From the NCBI GenBank assembly GCA_040901675.1, contig JBBDYJ010000001.1, forward strand, positions 107,618 to 171,617: a stretch of DNA of 64,000 bases, given 5' to 3'. This stretch comes from Pirellulales bacterium. Its GTDB lineage: Bacteria > Planctomycetota > Planctomycetia > Pirellulales > JAICIG01. Positions within the stretch are counted from its first letter, which is position 1; each line of letters begins with the position of its first letter. Positions 18,587 through 28,669 of the stretch are shown here, one piece after another. The notes under the pieces are model-generated. The model made no database searches. It had not been told where the DNA came from and worked only from the letters and a program-made list of their open reading frames with translations. The position numbers and the translations under genes are program-made.

Positions 18587-19627
18587 TCACCCCGGGGCGA
18601 ACGATTCCAGTATCTCCGGGCCCACGTCGTGAGCAATACAGGCCACGCAATCGCCTTGGGCCACCAGCGCCGGCGAGCGGGCGGCCAGCAGGACGCCGGC
18701 CGAAGGGGCCGCCACCTGCACCGGCTCGCGGTCGGGCCGCTCCAGGAAATGAATCTGCCCTACCGGCTCGCCGGAAGCAACAGCGCAGCCCAGCGCGACG
18801 AGGTTTTCGTAGATGCCCGACTCCGGGGCAAACCGGTAGTCGTCTCGCGAGAGGGCCTGCACCCAGCGCGTCGGCGGCAGATCCGTCTCGGCCCGTGTCC
18901 GCACTTTGCCCTCCAGCACGCCCATGTGCACCAGCACGTTGGCCAGACCACGCTGCGTCAACTGGTGGACCGGCGCGGGGACCGACTCGCCGCCGCCCAT
19001 CTCGGTGGTCACCACGATCTTGCCTTGCCGCTCGGCCTCGACCGGCAACAAGCCGGAGCCGGCGATGTCGGTATAGAGGAAAGCGAAATCGCTGTTCCAG
19101 GCTTCCGTGGCGGCGGCCATCTTTCGGCGCTGCTCGAGGTCGTCGACCAGGTGCATGTGGGCACAAGGATAAAAATCGACGCTGCGGCCGCCGGTGTGGA
19201 TGTCGATCACGACGTCGGCCATCGGAAACAGCACGCTGGAGAGATAATGGGCAATCACCTCGGTGGGCGTGCCGTCGGGCCGGCCGGGAAACGAGCGGTT
19301 CAGGTTCTTGCCGTCGAGCGGGCTGAGCCTGGTCGCCGCCTTGGCCGCCGGCAGGTTGAGCGCCGGTATGAGTATCAGGCGGCCGCGAACGCTCTCGGCT
19401 TGCACGCTGCGCATCAGCTTCAGGACGGCGACCTGGCCGGGATACTCGTCGCCGTGGTTGCCGGCCATGACTAGCGCCGTAGGGCCCTTGCCGCCCGCGA
19501 TCACCGACACGGGGACCAGCAGGCTGGCCCAGCCACCCAGGTTGTATGAGTAGGGGACGCAGAGATGGCCGTGTTGCTTGCCGGGCCGTTTGAAATCGAC
19601 CGTGGCATGGATCGGACTATCTGTCAC
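18587..19627 (-). CDS. Succinylglutamate desuccinylase/aspartoacylase family deacylase (DoeB-like)
   Basis: GNHGDEYPG, NLNRSFPG, DIHTGG, TTEMGGG; GTG 19627 start is inferred. Confidence 0.88.
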   Translation of the reverse strand: MTDSPIHATVDFKRPGKQHGHLCVPYSYNLGGWASLLVPVSVIAGGKGPTALVMAGNHGDEYPGQVAVLKLMRSVQAESVRGRLILIPALNLPAAKAATRLSPLDGKNLNRSFPGRPDGTPTEVIAHYLSSVLFPMADVVIDIHTGGRSVDFYPCAHMHLVDDLEQRRKMAAATEAWNSDFAFLYTDIAGSGLLPVEAERQGKIVVTTEMGGGESVPAPVHQLTQRGLANVLVHMGVLEGKVRTRAETDLPPTRWVQALSRDDYRFAPESGIYENLVALGCAVASGEPVGQIHFLERPDREPVQVAAPSAGVLLAARSPALVAQGDCVACIAHDVGPEILESFAPG

Positions 19628-19839
19628 GGAAGCCTCGTGCCGCAATGGCTGGTAGAGTGCACCCGTCAGATTAGCCTTCCCACCGTGCGGACGCAAAGGT
19701 TTGTAGTGATCCGCATTCATGCGGTCCTGGTCTTCACGCGCATGAATGCGGGTCCTACGAACCGCGCAAACAAAGGCCCTCGCGAGGTCTGGTTTTAGAT
19801 CCTCGCGAGGGCAGGGCTCGGTCGGTTTCACTCGGCCGG

Positions 19840-21570
19840 TTAACGTTTGACGGGAGCGGACTCGGCGAGCTCGCGATCGATCTCCTCCAGCCGCGCGCGG
19901 AGCTGCTCTCTTTCGCGTCGGAGCTGTTGGGCCCGCGCTTCCCGTCGGGGGCTCGGCTTGCGGGCCTCGGGGTCTGGGGAAAAAAAGTCAAAATCACTGT
20001 ATCTCGGCTTCGGATGGAGATCGGCAGGCCGGTAGGGGGGTGAGGGTTGCGTGTCTCTCGTTCTGCGCATTTCTTTGACCAACTGCTGCACCATCTGTTC
20101 CAGGCGGTCTAGCCGCTGGTGGATGTCCTGGTGGATGTCGTCGGCTCTGGCGGCTGGCAGCCTGCTCGGGTCGTAGGTGACCTTCGCGGTCCGGCTGCGG
20201 CGAACCCCTTGAACGACTACCGGCACTTCAACCGTGGCCTCACCTTCGGCCTCCGGAATGGATCCCGGCTCGTCTGCCGCCGCTGGATCAACTGCTGGGA
20301 TCGCGTCGTCCGCGGTGTCCGCGGGAGCCAAAGCGCTCTCGTCCGCTGCGGCCGCCTCCAAATCGGCAGCTTGCGCGGCCGCCGGATCCAAATCGGCCGG
20401 AGGCTGGGCAACAACTCGCAACGGCCAAGGCGAGATGCCAAGCGCCAGCAGGCCGACGCCGAGCATCGCCAGCCGCATGGGACGCGACAGCGCGGGGGAC
20501 CATCGATCGTGCAGAATCATCGCGAATCTCCTTTTGAGTAGGTAAACCTGGCCCAGACCGCTGGCCGCGGGCGGCATGACGGGACGGACCTCTGACAAAA
20601 ACTCCACGGTTTCCAACAATGCCTTGGCGTAAGTCCGGGCCAGGCCGGGCAGCGCCCAGAGCACCCAGGCGTCGCAGCACTGCTCTTCGGCCTGCTGGAA
20701 ACGCCGCCGCGCCCACCAGGCGACCGGGTGCCACCAGTACAGCCCCAGCACAACGAGCTCCAGCCAGCGCACCCAGTGGTCGCGCCGCCGCAAATGGGCC
20801 AGTTCATGAGCCAAGAGCGTGGCCTGCTGCTGGCGATCGAGGCGGTCGAGCAACGCATGGGGCAGCAGGACGACAGGCTGCCTGCCGAGTGCCCACAGCA
20901 ACGGCGGCACGCGGCCGCCGATCAGCCTCAACTCGGGCGGGCGCGAAAGCCCGAGCCGGCGGGACAAGGCCGAGGCCTCCGCCTGCAATCGCTCGCAGGC
21001 AGGCTGCGAGTACCGCAGCAGGCGGCCGAAGCGAGCGATCCGTATGGCAACCAGGAGCCACCATCCGCAGGATCCGGCCAACCATGCCCCACCGATCAGC
21101 AACGCCCACGGCAGCGTACGCCAACGGCTGACGGTTGAGCCTTCGTCGAACAAGAGCTCGGCACCATGATCCTCCGGCAGCGTCACCCGGTAATCGCCAT
21201 AGATCTGTTCAAACGGAGCGCTGCTGACTGAATCGCGCGTAACCGGGAATGAAGCAGAGCCGTTCGCAACGCCAACCTCTTTAGCTGCCGGCGCGGCAGG
21301 CGCGATTCCGCGAAGCTGCTCTCCTCCAACTTCATGCCTCCCGCCTGCGGTCTGCGTCGACGGGCGCTGTGCCGGCTGACGGGCAACAAGGCCGGTCAAT
21401 TCCACCGGCAGGCGAACCAGCGGCGGCGTAATCAGCTTGACGAGCACCAACAACCACAGGCAATAGACCACCGGAGGGCGGCGGCAAACCAGGCTTGCCA
21501 CCGCCGCCAGCAGGGCCAGCGCCGTGGCCACGGCCGCGTTCACCAGGCCGATTTCCAAGAGCCCTGGCAT
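19840..21570 (-). CDS. BlaR1-type M56 metallopeptidase/antirepressor
   Basis: 'LWLLVLVKLITPP', HELAH zinc motif, 'WWHPVAWW..EEQCCD'. Confidence 0.92.
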   Translation of the reverse strand: MPGLLEIGLVNAAVATALALLAAVASLVCRRPPVVYCLWLLVLVKLITPPLVRLPVELTGLVARQPAQRPSTQTAGGRHEVGGEQLRGIAPAAPAAKEVGVANGSASFPVTRDSVSSAPFEQIYGDYRVTLPEDHGAELLFDEGSTVSRWRTLPWALLIGGAWLAGSCGWWLLVAIRIARFGRLLRYSQPACERLQAEASALSRRLGLSRPPELRLIGGRVPPLLWALGRQPVVLLPHALLDRLDRQQQATLLAHELAHLRRRDHWVRWLELVVLGLYWWHPVAWWARRRFQQAEEQCCDAWVLWALPGLARTYAKALLETVEFLSEVRPVMPPAASGLGQVYLLKRRFAMILHDRWSPALSRPMRLAMLGVGLLALGISPWPLRVVAQPPADLDPAAAQAADLEAAAADESALAPADTADDAIPAVDPAAADEPGSIPEAEGEATVEVPVVVQGVRRSRTAKVTYDPSRLPAARADDIHQDIHQRLDRLEQMVQQLVKEMRRTRDTQPSPPYRPADLHPKPRYSDFDFFSPDPEARKPSPRREARAQQLRREREQLRARLEEIDRELAESAPVKR

Positions 21571-21574
21571 ACAG

Positions 21575-21967
21575 TCACTCCTGCTTTCCGCGGGGCGGTT
21601 CTTCCAACAGCTTGCGGAGCATCTCGCGCTCGCGAACGGTCAAGCGGCCTGATCGAACCAGGTGCATCAACAGCGGGGTCAGCGATCCGTCGCACAGTTT
21701 CTCGGCCACGTCCTGCAGCCGCTGCCCCACCAGATCGCCGCGCTCGATCGTGGGCCGGAACACGTGCGCAAACCCGGTTCGATCGCGGCTCACGCAGTGC
21801 TTGCCTTCCAGCCGCTCGAGCAGTTTCTGCACGGTCGCGTAGTGCGAGGTCGTGCCACGGGGATATAAGCGATCGGTCAGCTCGCGAATCGTGGCCGCCC
21901 CATGCTCCCAAAGCATTTCCAGCACGGCCAGCTCGGCGTCGGCAACGTGTTTCGGATCGGGGCTCAC
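21575..21967 (-). CDS. BlaI/MecI/CopY family repressor
   Basis: 'DAELAVLEMLW..ATIRELTDRLY..YATVQKLLERLEGK'; GTG 21967 preferred (GAGG upstream) because GTG 22012 lies inside the operator. Confidence 0.92.
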   Translation of the reverse strand: MSPDPKHVADAELAVLEMLWEHGAATIRELTDRLYPRGTTSHYATVQKLLERLEGKHCVSRDRTGFAHVFRPTIERGDLVGQRLQDVAEKLCDGSLTPLLMHLVRSGRLTVREREMLRKLLEEPPRGKQE

Positions 21968-22005
21968 TTGCCTCACCGCCTTTGGAACGCCCCCCAGGTA
22001 GGCAC

Positions 22006-22055
22006 CAGACACACTGTCTGACCCAGATTCTAAGACGAGTTGTCTGAGATGTCAA
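22006..22055 (-). promoter_or_regulatory. Sigma70 promoter of blaI-blaR1 with two palindromic operators
   Basis: TTGACA (22055-22050), 17-bp spacer, TAGAAT (22032-22027); AGAC-N5-GTCT palindromes at 22006-22020 and 22033-22045. Confidence 0.85.
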
Positions 22056-22213
22056 TACCTCGGCTCAAAAGATACTAACCCGACGCGCCAGCGAGGAAAA
22101 AAGGGCTTTCCAACTTCTTTGGGCCCGTGAATTACCGGCCCCCCCGAGCTAAACTAGGAAAAAACTGCACCCACAATCACCACGACTAAAAGCCGAAATT
22201 GGAGGTTCCAACC

Positions 22214-23107
22214 ATGACGAAGCTCAATGCCCGCGCATCGATTGTTGCCGTGGCGGCCCTGCTGGTTGCCCAGGCCGGCGCCCGCCAGGCAGCGGCCGTA
22301 GCGTTTCCCGACAAGAACCTGGAAACGGCCGTGCGGGCCTTGCTGTTCGATAAGAAGGACCCATCGGTCGAGCTGACCGAGGAAGACCTGCGAAAGATCT
22401 TCATCCTGGAGGCGAAGGGGAAGGGGATCAAGGACCTGACCGGGCTCGACAAGTGCCCCAACTTGCAGCTTTTGGACCTGGCGAACAACGAAGTGACCGA
22501 CGTCGCCCCCTTGAAGGAGTGCAAGAACCTGCAGTCGCTCGACCTCTCGAAGAACACGATCGCCGACGTCGGACCGCTGGCCGGCCTGGAGGCGCTTCAG
22601 TACCTGGAGCTGTCGAACAACCAGATCACCGCGCTGCCCTCGCTGGAGGCGCTGGTCAAGCTGTCGGCCCTTTACCTGTCGGGCAACCAGATCGCCGACC
22701 TGGCGCCGCTCGAAAAACTGCCCAAGCTCACCAGCCTGCACCTGGCGGCCAACAAGATTACCGACATCGCCCCGATCGCCCCCTTGACGAAGCTGTCGCT
22801 CTTGAAGCTCAGCGGGAACAGCATCGAGGACATTTCTGCCTTGGGCAAGCTGAACCACCTGAGCCTGCTGTTGTTGGAAAAGAACAAGATCGGCGATCTG
22901 GCGCCGCTGGTCGAGTCGTGCAAGGCCGACGCCGAGGGAGAAAAGCGGTTTGCGCCTTATCTGCGGCTGTACCTGGCGGGCAACCCCTTGAGCGACGCGG
23001 CCAAGAACGAACAGGTTCCCGCCCTGCAAGGGTTCGGAGTCAAGGTTCACCTGGAGGAGGAGCCGCCGGTCGACCCGCCAGCCGACCAGGCGGCCAGCGG
23101 CCAGTAA
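22214..23107 (+). CDS. Secreted leucine-rich-repeat (internalin-like) protein
   Basis: Signal peptide, 'FPDKNLETAVR' cap, 22-aa LxxLxLxxNxIxDLxPL repeats; GGAGG RBS. Confidence 0.92.
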   Translation: MTKLNARASIVAVAALLVAQAGARQAAAVAFPDKNLETAVRALLFDKKDPSVELTEEDLRKIFILEAKGKGIKDLTGLDKCPNLQLLDLANNEVTDVAPLKECKNLQSLDLSKNTIADVGPLAGLEALQYLELSNNQITALPSLEALVKLSALYLSGNQIADLAPLEKLPKLTSLHLAANKITDIAPIAPLTKLSLLKLSGNSIEDISALGKLNHLSLLLLEKNKIGDLAPLVESCKADAEGEKRFAPYLRLYLAGNPLSDAAKNEQVPALQGFGVKVHLEEEPPVDPPADQAASGQ

Positions 23108-26100
23108 TCGAGCAGCGTTTCGTCGTCGAAGGCGGCACGCGTCGCGAGCAGCTTGCTCAAGCCGTCGAACGTTTGTGTTTGCGGCTGGACCATCGTGTCG
23201 AGCCGCGGGGCGACGGCCGGCGCTCGGCCGCCGGGCCGGTCGTGGGGACTTTCCCACTGGCTGTTGTCCCGTCGCTCGGCCTGGGATGTCTTGTCTTCTC
23301 CGCTCGCCGGCTGGCTGAAGAGCATGGCGGCCTGCGCTGTCCCGGCTGAGACCGACTGCTCGACGGCCACGTCGTCGAAATGGCTGACCGCGTTGCGGGT
23401 GGCGAGCCCCAGCGTGCCGTCGATCAGCGTGTCGCCGTACGTAAAGCTCAGCTTCGTCGCGCCGTCAACAATCAACGTCGCGCGCGTGCCGCTCTCGATC
23501 CGGAGGGTCAACCGGTAATCGCGGGTCGGATCGATCGCTTCGTTCAGCTTGGTGTCTTCCAGCCAGCCGCTGGCCGTGCGCCGCCCGATGAGCCAGCGGT
23601 TCGCGCCCTCGTAGGCACCGGCGAACTTGAAGTCGGTGGGGCCCTGGTAATCGAAGACCAAAAGTGCATTGCTCAGCAAGCTGCCGGTCGGCGCGTTGGC
23701 ATTGATCGTGGCCCGCATCTCGAGGTCGGCCGGCAGCGGGTCGGCAATCCGCAGCGTGCTGACGGCGTCGCCTCCGGAAATCGGCGAGGCATGATAGCGG
23801 CCGCTGGAAGCTTGCCAGGTGCCGGACCGGACCAGAAAGAAGTCGGCCAGGTCGTCGTTAAAGTCTTCCTGGATCGGCAGCGTGCCGGACGGCGGGGGCG
23901 GGGGCGGGACATGTTCCTGGACGGACACGTTGTCGAACTTCGCCAGGGCATTGCGGGTGGCCAGCCCGACGGCGCCGTCACTCAGGCTGTCGGTGAATGT
24001 ATGTCCGAGCTTTGCCGCCCCGTCCACGAACAAGGTCGCCCGTCCGGTTTCGTCCAGCAGCACCTTCAGGTCGTAGTCGCGGTCGGCCTGGATCGTCTCG
24101 GATAGCTTGGCGTCTTCCAGCCAACCCGACACCGTCCGGCGGCCGATCAGCCAGCGCCCGGCCCCCGCGTAGGCCCCGGCGAACTTGAAGTCGGTGGGAC
24201 CTTGATAGTCGAACACCACCAGCGCATTGCTCAGCAAGCTGCCGGTGGCCGCCTGCACGTTGATCCGCGCCTCGACTTCCAACGGCAAGGGCAGCGAGCC
24301 TGCGATCGACACCGTGCTGATCGCATCGCCGCCGCCGACGGGCGACGCATCGTACCGGCCGCTGGCGGCCTGCCAAGTGCCCTGCCGTACCAGGAAATAG
24401 TCGGCCAAACCGTCGTCGAAATCTTCTTCGATGGGCAATGTCCCTTCCGGCGGCGGTGGCGGTGGCACGCGCTCGGCGGCCTGCACGTTGTCGAAACGGC
24501 TGATCGCGTTGCGAGTTCCCAGTCCCAATCCGCCGTCGACCACCGACTCGTTGAAGGCGAAGCTGACCTTGGAGGTGCCGTCGACCGAGAGGCTCGCCAG
24601 GCTCCCCTCGTCGATGGCCAGGTGCACCTGGTAGTCGCGCCCCGAGTCGATCGTTTGTCCGAGACCGGCATCTTCGAACCAGCCGCTGGCCGTCCGCCGG
24701 CCGATCAGCCAGCGATTGGCGCCGTCGTAGGCGCCGGCGAACTTGAAGTCGTCCGGCCCCTGGTAGTCGAAGATCAACAGGGCATTACTCAAATAGCTGC
24801 CGGCTGCGGCGCTGGAATTGATCGTGGCCGACAGTTCGACGCTGGAGGGCAGGCCGCCTTCGACCAATAGCAGGCTGACCGCGTTGCCCGAGTCGATGGG
24901 AGAGGCGTGGTAGCGCCCATCGAACAACTGCCAAGTGCCGGTCTCCGGCTGGAGGTGGTCGGCCACGTCGTCGTCGAAGTCTTCGTCGATCGGCAGCGGG
25001 CTGGACGAGGGGGGCGGGGGTGGGGGCGGCGGATCGAAGACGTCGACCCAGATGTCGTCGAAGTGGCTGACCGCATTGCGCGTGGCCAGCCCCAGGCGGC
25101 CGTCGGAAAGGTCGCCGGCAAAGTCATGGCTGAGCTTCCGCACGCCGTCGACAAACAGCGTCACGCGCGCCGGCTCTTCGATGGTTACTCGCAGATTGTA
25201 GTCGCGTCCGGCGTCGATCACCTGCGACAGCGTGGCGTCTTCCAGCCAGCCGTCGCTGGTCCGCCGGCCGACCAGCCAGCGGTCCACGCCGGCATACGCG
25301 CCGGCGAACTTGAAATCCGTGGGGCTCTGATAGTCGAAGATCACAAAGGCGTTGCTCGAGTAGTTCCCCGTCGCCGCGTCGGCCTGGATCGTGGCCTGAA
25401 TCTCCAGGTTCGCCGGCAGGTCGCCCTCGATCCTGAGCGTCGTGATTGCGTCCTGGCCATTGAGCGGCGTGGTGTGATAGCGCCCGCCGTTCACCACCCA
25501 ACTGCCCGTCTGGCTGCCAAAGAAGTCCGCTATCCCATCTTCGAAATCCTCGACAATCGGCAGCGTGCCCGAGGGGGGCGGCGGCTCGGGGTTGCCCAAG
25601 GCCGAGGCCACGTTCAGCCGGCCGCCGGTGACCGATTTGCCCGCCAGCGCGGCCACGGGATCGACGGTGGCGAACAACTGGGCGATCACCTGCGAGTAAC
25701 TCCACTCGGGGTGCTGGCCGCGCAGCAGGGCGGCCGCGCCGCTGACGTGCGGCGTGGCCATCGACGTGCCGCTGAACGTACTGTACGTGTTGTTGCGCGT
25801 CGTGCTGAGGATGTCGACGCCCGGCGCCCCGAGATCCACGGTGGTGGCGCCATAGTTGGAAAAAGACCCCAGCGCATCATGGTGGTCGGTGGCCGCCACG
25901 ACCACGATGTTGTCCAGCTCATAATTGGCCGGATAGAAGGGCGTGCTGTCGTTGTTCAGCGGAATGCCGAAAAAGCCGTTTCCCGCGGCGGTCACGAACA
26001 AGTGCCCGGCCGCACCCGCCGCGGCGATCGCATCGTAAAGCGCCTGGGAAAACTCTTCGTTGGCGCCCCAGCTATTGTTCGATATCGTGGCCCCCATCGC

Positions 26101-26967
26101 CACGGCATACTCGATGGCCTCGATCGCGTCGCTCAGCGACCCGCTGCCCGTTTCGTCCAGGAACTTCAAGGCCATGATCCGCGCGCTGAAGCTCACGCCG
26201 GTCACGCCGATGCCGTTGTCGCCCACCGCGGCGACGGTGCCGGCCACGTGCGTTCCGTGGTTGTGGTCGTCGAGCGGATCGCCGTCGCGGTTGACGAAGT
26301 CGTAGCCGTACACGTCGTCGGCGTAGCCGTTTCCGTCGTTGTCGATGCCATCGCCGGGAATCTCGCCCGCGTTGACCCACATGTTGGCCGCCAGGTCCTC
26401 GTGCAGGTGGTCCACGCCGGTGTCGATCACCGCCACGATGGTGTTGGAAGTGCCGGTGGTCACGTCCCAGGCCAACGGTGCGTCGATGTCCGCGTCGTCC
26501 GTCCCGCCGGTCTGACCCTGGTTGTGGAGGCCCCACAGGGCGCCGAACTGCGGATCGTTGGGAAAGCCGGCCAGGTGTACCCGGTAGTCCGGCTCGGCGT
26601 AGAGCACCGCCGGATTGGCCCGGTAGGCGGCCAGGGTCTCTTCGAGCGAAGTGCCCGGCGGCAGTCCGAACTTGTGCAGGCCGGGCACGACCGGCAAGCT
26701 GCGCTCCATCGCGCCCACCGGCATCGGGGCGGCGCCGGGCGGCTGGCATTCGGCGGCGAAGCAGGCCGGCTCGTCGCGGAAGCGAACGAGGATGCTTTGT
26801 ATGTCCGGGGCGGTCGAGTCCAACAGGAGGCGGCCGCCCAGGTCGATCGTTCCTGCCGCCGTGGCAGCCAGCAGCCTTCGCTCTTCCAACCGCTCGAAGC
26901 GGCCATAAGCGGCCCGGTTTGGCCAATCGCGGCCGATGCCGTGCCGTCGAGGACGGGAGCCTGCCAT
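23047..26967 (-). CDS. S8 subtilisin-like serine protease with planctomycete LEERRLLA motif and four tandem beta-sandwich repeats
   Basis: Triad IDTG / HGTHVAG / GTSMATP; four roughly 185-aa repeats each starting after a poly-Pro linker 'LPIxEDFxD'. Confidence 0.92.
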   Translation of the reverse strand: MAGSRPRRHGIGRDWPNRAAYGRFERLEERRLLAATAAGTIDLGGRLLLDSTAPDIQSILVRFRDEPACFAAECQPPGAAPMPVGAMERSLPVVPGLHKFGLPPGTSLEETLAAYRANPAVLYAEPDYRVHLAGFPNDPQFGALWGLHNQGQTGGTDDADIDAPLAWDVTTGTSNTIVAVIDTGVDHLHEDLAANMWVNAGEIPGDGIDNDGNGYADDVYGYDFVNRDGDPLDDHNHGTHVAGTVAAVGDNGIGVTGVSFSARIMALKFLDETGSGSLSDAIEAIEYAVAMGATISNNSWGANEEFSQALYDAIAAAGAAGHLFVTAAGNGFFGIPLNNDSTPFYPANYELDNIVVVAATDHHDALGSFSNYGATTVDLGAPGVDILSTTRNNTYSTFSGTSMATPHVSGAAALLRGQHPEWSYSQVIAQLFATVDPVAALAGKSVTGGRLNVASALGNPEPPPPSGTLPIVEDFEDGIADFFGSQTGSWVVNGGRYHTTPLNGQDAITTLRIEGDLPANLEIQATIQADAATGNYSSNAFVIFDYQSPTDFKFAGAYAGVDRWLVGRRTSDGWLEDATLSQVIDAGRDYNLRVTIEEPARVTLFVDGVRKLSHDFAGDLSDGRLGLATRNAVSHFDDIWVDVFDPPPPPPPPSSSPLPIDEDFDDDVADHLQPETGTWQLFDGRYHASPIDSGNAVSLLLVEGGLPSSVELSATINSSAAAGSYLSNALLIFDYQGPDDFKFAGAYDGANRWLIGRRTASGWFEDAGLGQTIDSGRDYQVHLAIDEGSLASLSVDGTSKVSFAFNESVVDGGLGLGTRNAISRFDNVQAAERVPPPPPPEGTLPIEEDFDDGLADYFLVRQGTWQAASGRYDASPVGGGDAISTVSIAGSLPLPLEVEARINVQAATGSLLSNALVVFDYQGPTDFKFAGAYAGAGRWLIGRRTVSGWLEDAKLSETIQADRDYDLKVLLDETGRATLFVDGAAKLGHTFTDSLSDGAVGLATRNALAKFDNVSVQEHVPPPPPPSGTLPIQEDFNDDLADFFLVRSGTWQASSGRYHASPISGGDAVSTLRIADPLPADLEMRATINANAPTGSLLSNALLVFDYQGPTDFKFAGAYEGANRWLIGRRTASGWLEDTKLNEAIDPTRDYRLTLRIESGTRATLIVDGATKLSFTYGDTLIDGTLGLATRNAVSHFDDVAVEQSVSAGTAQAAMLFSQPASGEDKTSQAERRDNSQWESPHDRPGGRAPAVAPRLDTMVQPQTQTFDGLSKLLATRAAFDDETLLDYWPLAAWSAGGSTGGSSSR

Positions 26968-27213
26968 AGGATTCGCTTTCCAGCTCTGTGGAGTATCGAG
27001 GAGCACCAGAAAAGGCCGTCGTTGCCGCTTGTAAATTGGGCCACTTCCGTTGTCAATCAAAATCGAGCGCCATTGCCGATTTGCCGGCTCGTATTGGTGC
27101 GGCCGGGCCGGTTATAACGATTGGAGAATGTTTTCCGCTTCGGACGTGTGCCACTCTTGTGAAGGCGGCGGCGATCGCGGCCGGCTTCGAGCCGTGCCAA
27201 GCTGAACACTGAA

Positions 27214-27621
27214 ATGAGCGACGAGTTCGACTCACCTCAAGCCGATTCACCCGAGTCGGCGGGCAACGACGCTGCCGACGGCTATGTCCTCGACCCCGAG
27301 ACGGACCGGGCGGCCGACGAGCCGTCCGGCGGTTCCCGCGAATTAATTGACCTGGTCAAGGCCGCGATCCTTGCCGACGCCGACCAGGAGCGGCGCTTCT
27401 CGCTGGCCGGTTTGTTGGCGGTGGTGACGCTGGCGGGCCTTGTTCTGGGGATCGGCACGCACCTCTCGCCAGCGGTGTTCGCGGGCGTGACTGGTCTGGC
27501 CGCGTTGGCTGGGATGGTGGCTCTGGCCGTGGCGCAAGACCGCTGGGCCATCGCTCAGCTCGCCTGGTGGGTGCTGTTTGCGATTTACCTCTTAGCCACC
27601 GCCCGCGCAATCTGGCTCTGA
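27214..27621 (+). CDS. Hypothetical membrane protein
   Basis: Acidic N-terminus, 'RRFSLAGLL' then 3 TMs. Confidence 0.7.
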   Translation: MSDEFDSPQADSPESAGNDAADGYVLDPETDRAADEPSGGSRELIDLVKAAILADADQERRFSLAGLLAVVTLAGLVLGIGTHLSPAVFAGVTGLAALAGMVALAVAQDRWAIAQLAWWVLFAIYLLATARAIWL

Positions 27622-27634
27622 GTCTGGCATCGCT

Positions 27635-28669
27635 TCATCTCGTGGCTTTTCTTGCCGCTTGCTGCACTGGCTCATACGATTGGCGAAACTTCTTCATCAC
27701 CGCGTCCAGCTCCGCCGCATCCCTCTTTCGGATCGCCTGCTGCGCCTCCAGCAGAGCTTCGCTCGCTGCCTTCACCTGCGCCCGCAGCTCATCCACCGTC
27801 GGCGGCTCATTCCACATTGTCAGGGCCGGGATCGCCGGTCCCCCTTCCGCCAGGTCGCCTATTGCATCGAAGGCCTGCTCCGCGCCCTCCTGCATCGCCT
27901 CCCAGTCCTTGTTCGGCAGCGCCTGCTCCAGCGCGCTGACCGATGTGTCGATGCTGGCGATTTGCTGCAATGCAAACTGTCGCGCGAGCCGGCCCGTCGG
28001 CGGCACCCCCAGCATGAATGCAATCACCAGCGATCCCGCCGTAAGGACCGCCACCAGCATCAGCCCCATCGCAACCGTCCCCAGCGCCGACAGCCGCATG
28101 AGCGGCTTGTTCTCGCTGCGCACGCGCCACTCGAACAGGCCGCACAGCACCGCGGCCAGGAGCACCAAGAACGTCGTGTACCCGCCCCCGAGGTCACTCA
28201 GGCCGTTCAGGAACGCAGGCATCCACGATGCGCCGGCCTGGTCAACGGTTGCAGAATCGATCAAGCCATCCCGCATGAGTCTCTGAAACTTCGGCACGAG
28301 CATGATCACCGCGAAGGCGATCCACAATACCTCCAGCGCGATCACGCCCGCCAGTGCCAGATACGCCCACGACATCCACAGCCATTTGGCTTTCATGGTC
28401 ATCTCCTTCCAGTGCATGGCCTTGTCGATCACCACCGGCAGCAGCCGGTGCCCGTGTGTCGCTTCCAACTCCGATCTCACCTCCTCCGGCCCGCCGAAAT
28501 CCTCCAGCGCCCGGGTCAGCGCTTCCTCCTCCGACAGTCCGGCCGAGCGGTGTTCGGCCGCGGCGTCGCGCACATGTTCCCGCAGCTCCTGCCGAATGTG
28601 CTGGCGCAGCGACCTCGGACCGCCGATGCTGCGACAGACCTGATCGAGGTAATGCTCAAGTTGGTCCAT
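27635..28669 (-). CDS. Membrane protein with permease-prefix-domain-1-type N-terminus
   Basis: 'LEHYLDQV...IRQELREH..GLSEEEALTRALEDFG', TMs and helical C-terminus; overlaps padR. Confidence 0.8.
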   Translation of the reverse strand: MDQLEHYLDQVCRSIGGPRSLRQHIRQELREHVRDAAAEHRSAGLSEEEALTRALEDFGGPEEVRSELEATHGHRLLPVVIDKAMHWKEMTMKAKWLWMSWAYLALAGVIALEVLWIAFAVIMLVPKFQRLMRDGLIDSATVDQAGASWMPAFLNGLSDLGGGYTTFLVLLAAVLCGLFEWRVRSENKPLMRLSALGTVAMGLMLVAVLTAGSLVIAFMLGVPPTGRLARQFALQQIASIDTSVSALEQALPNKDWEAMQEGAEQAFDAIGDLAEGGPAIPALTMWNEPPTVDELRAQVKAASEALLEAQQAIRKRDAAELDAVMKKFRQSYEPVQQAARKATR

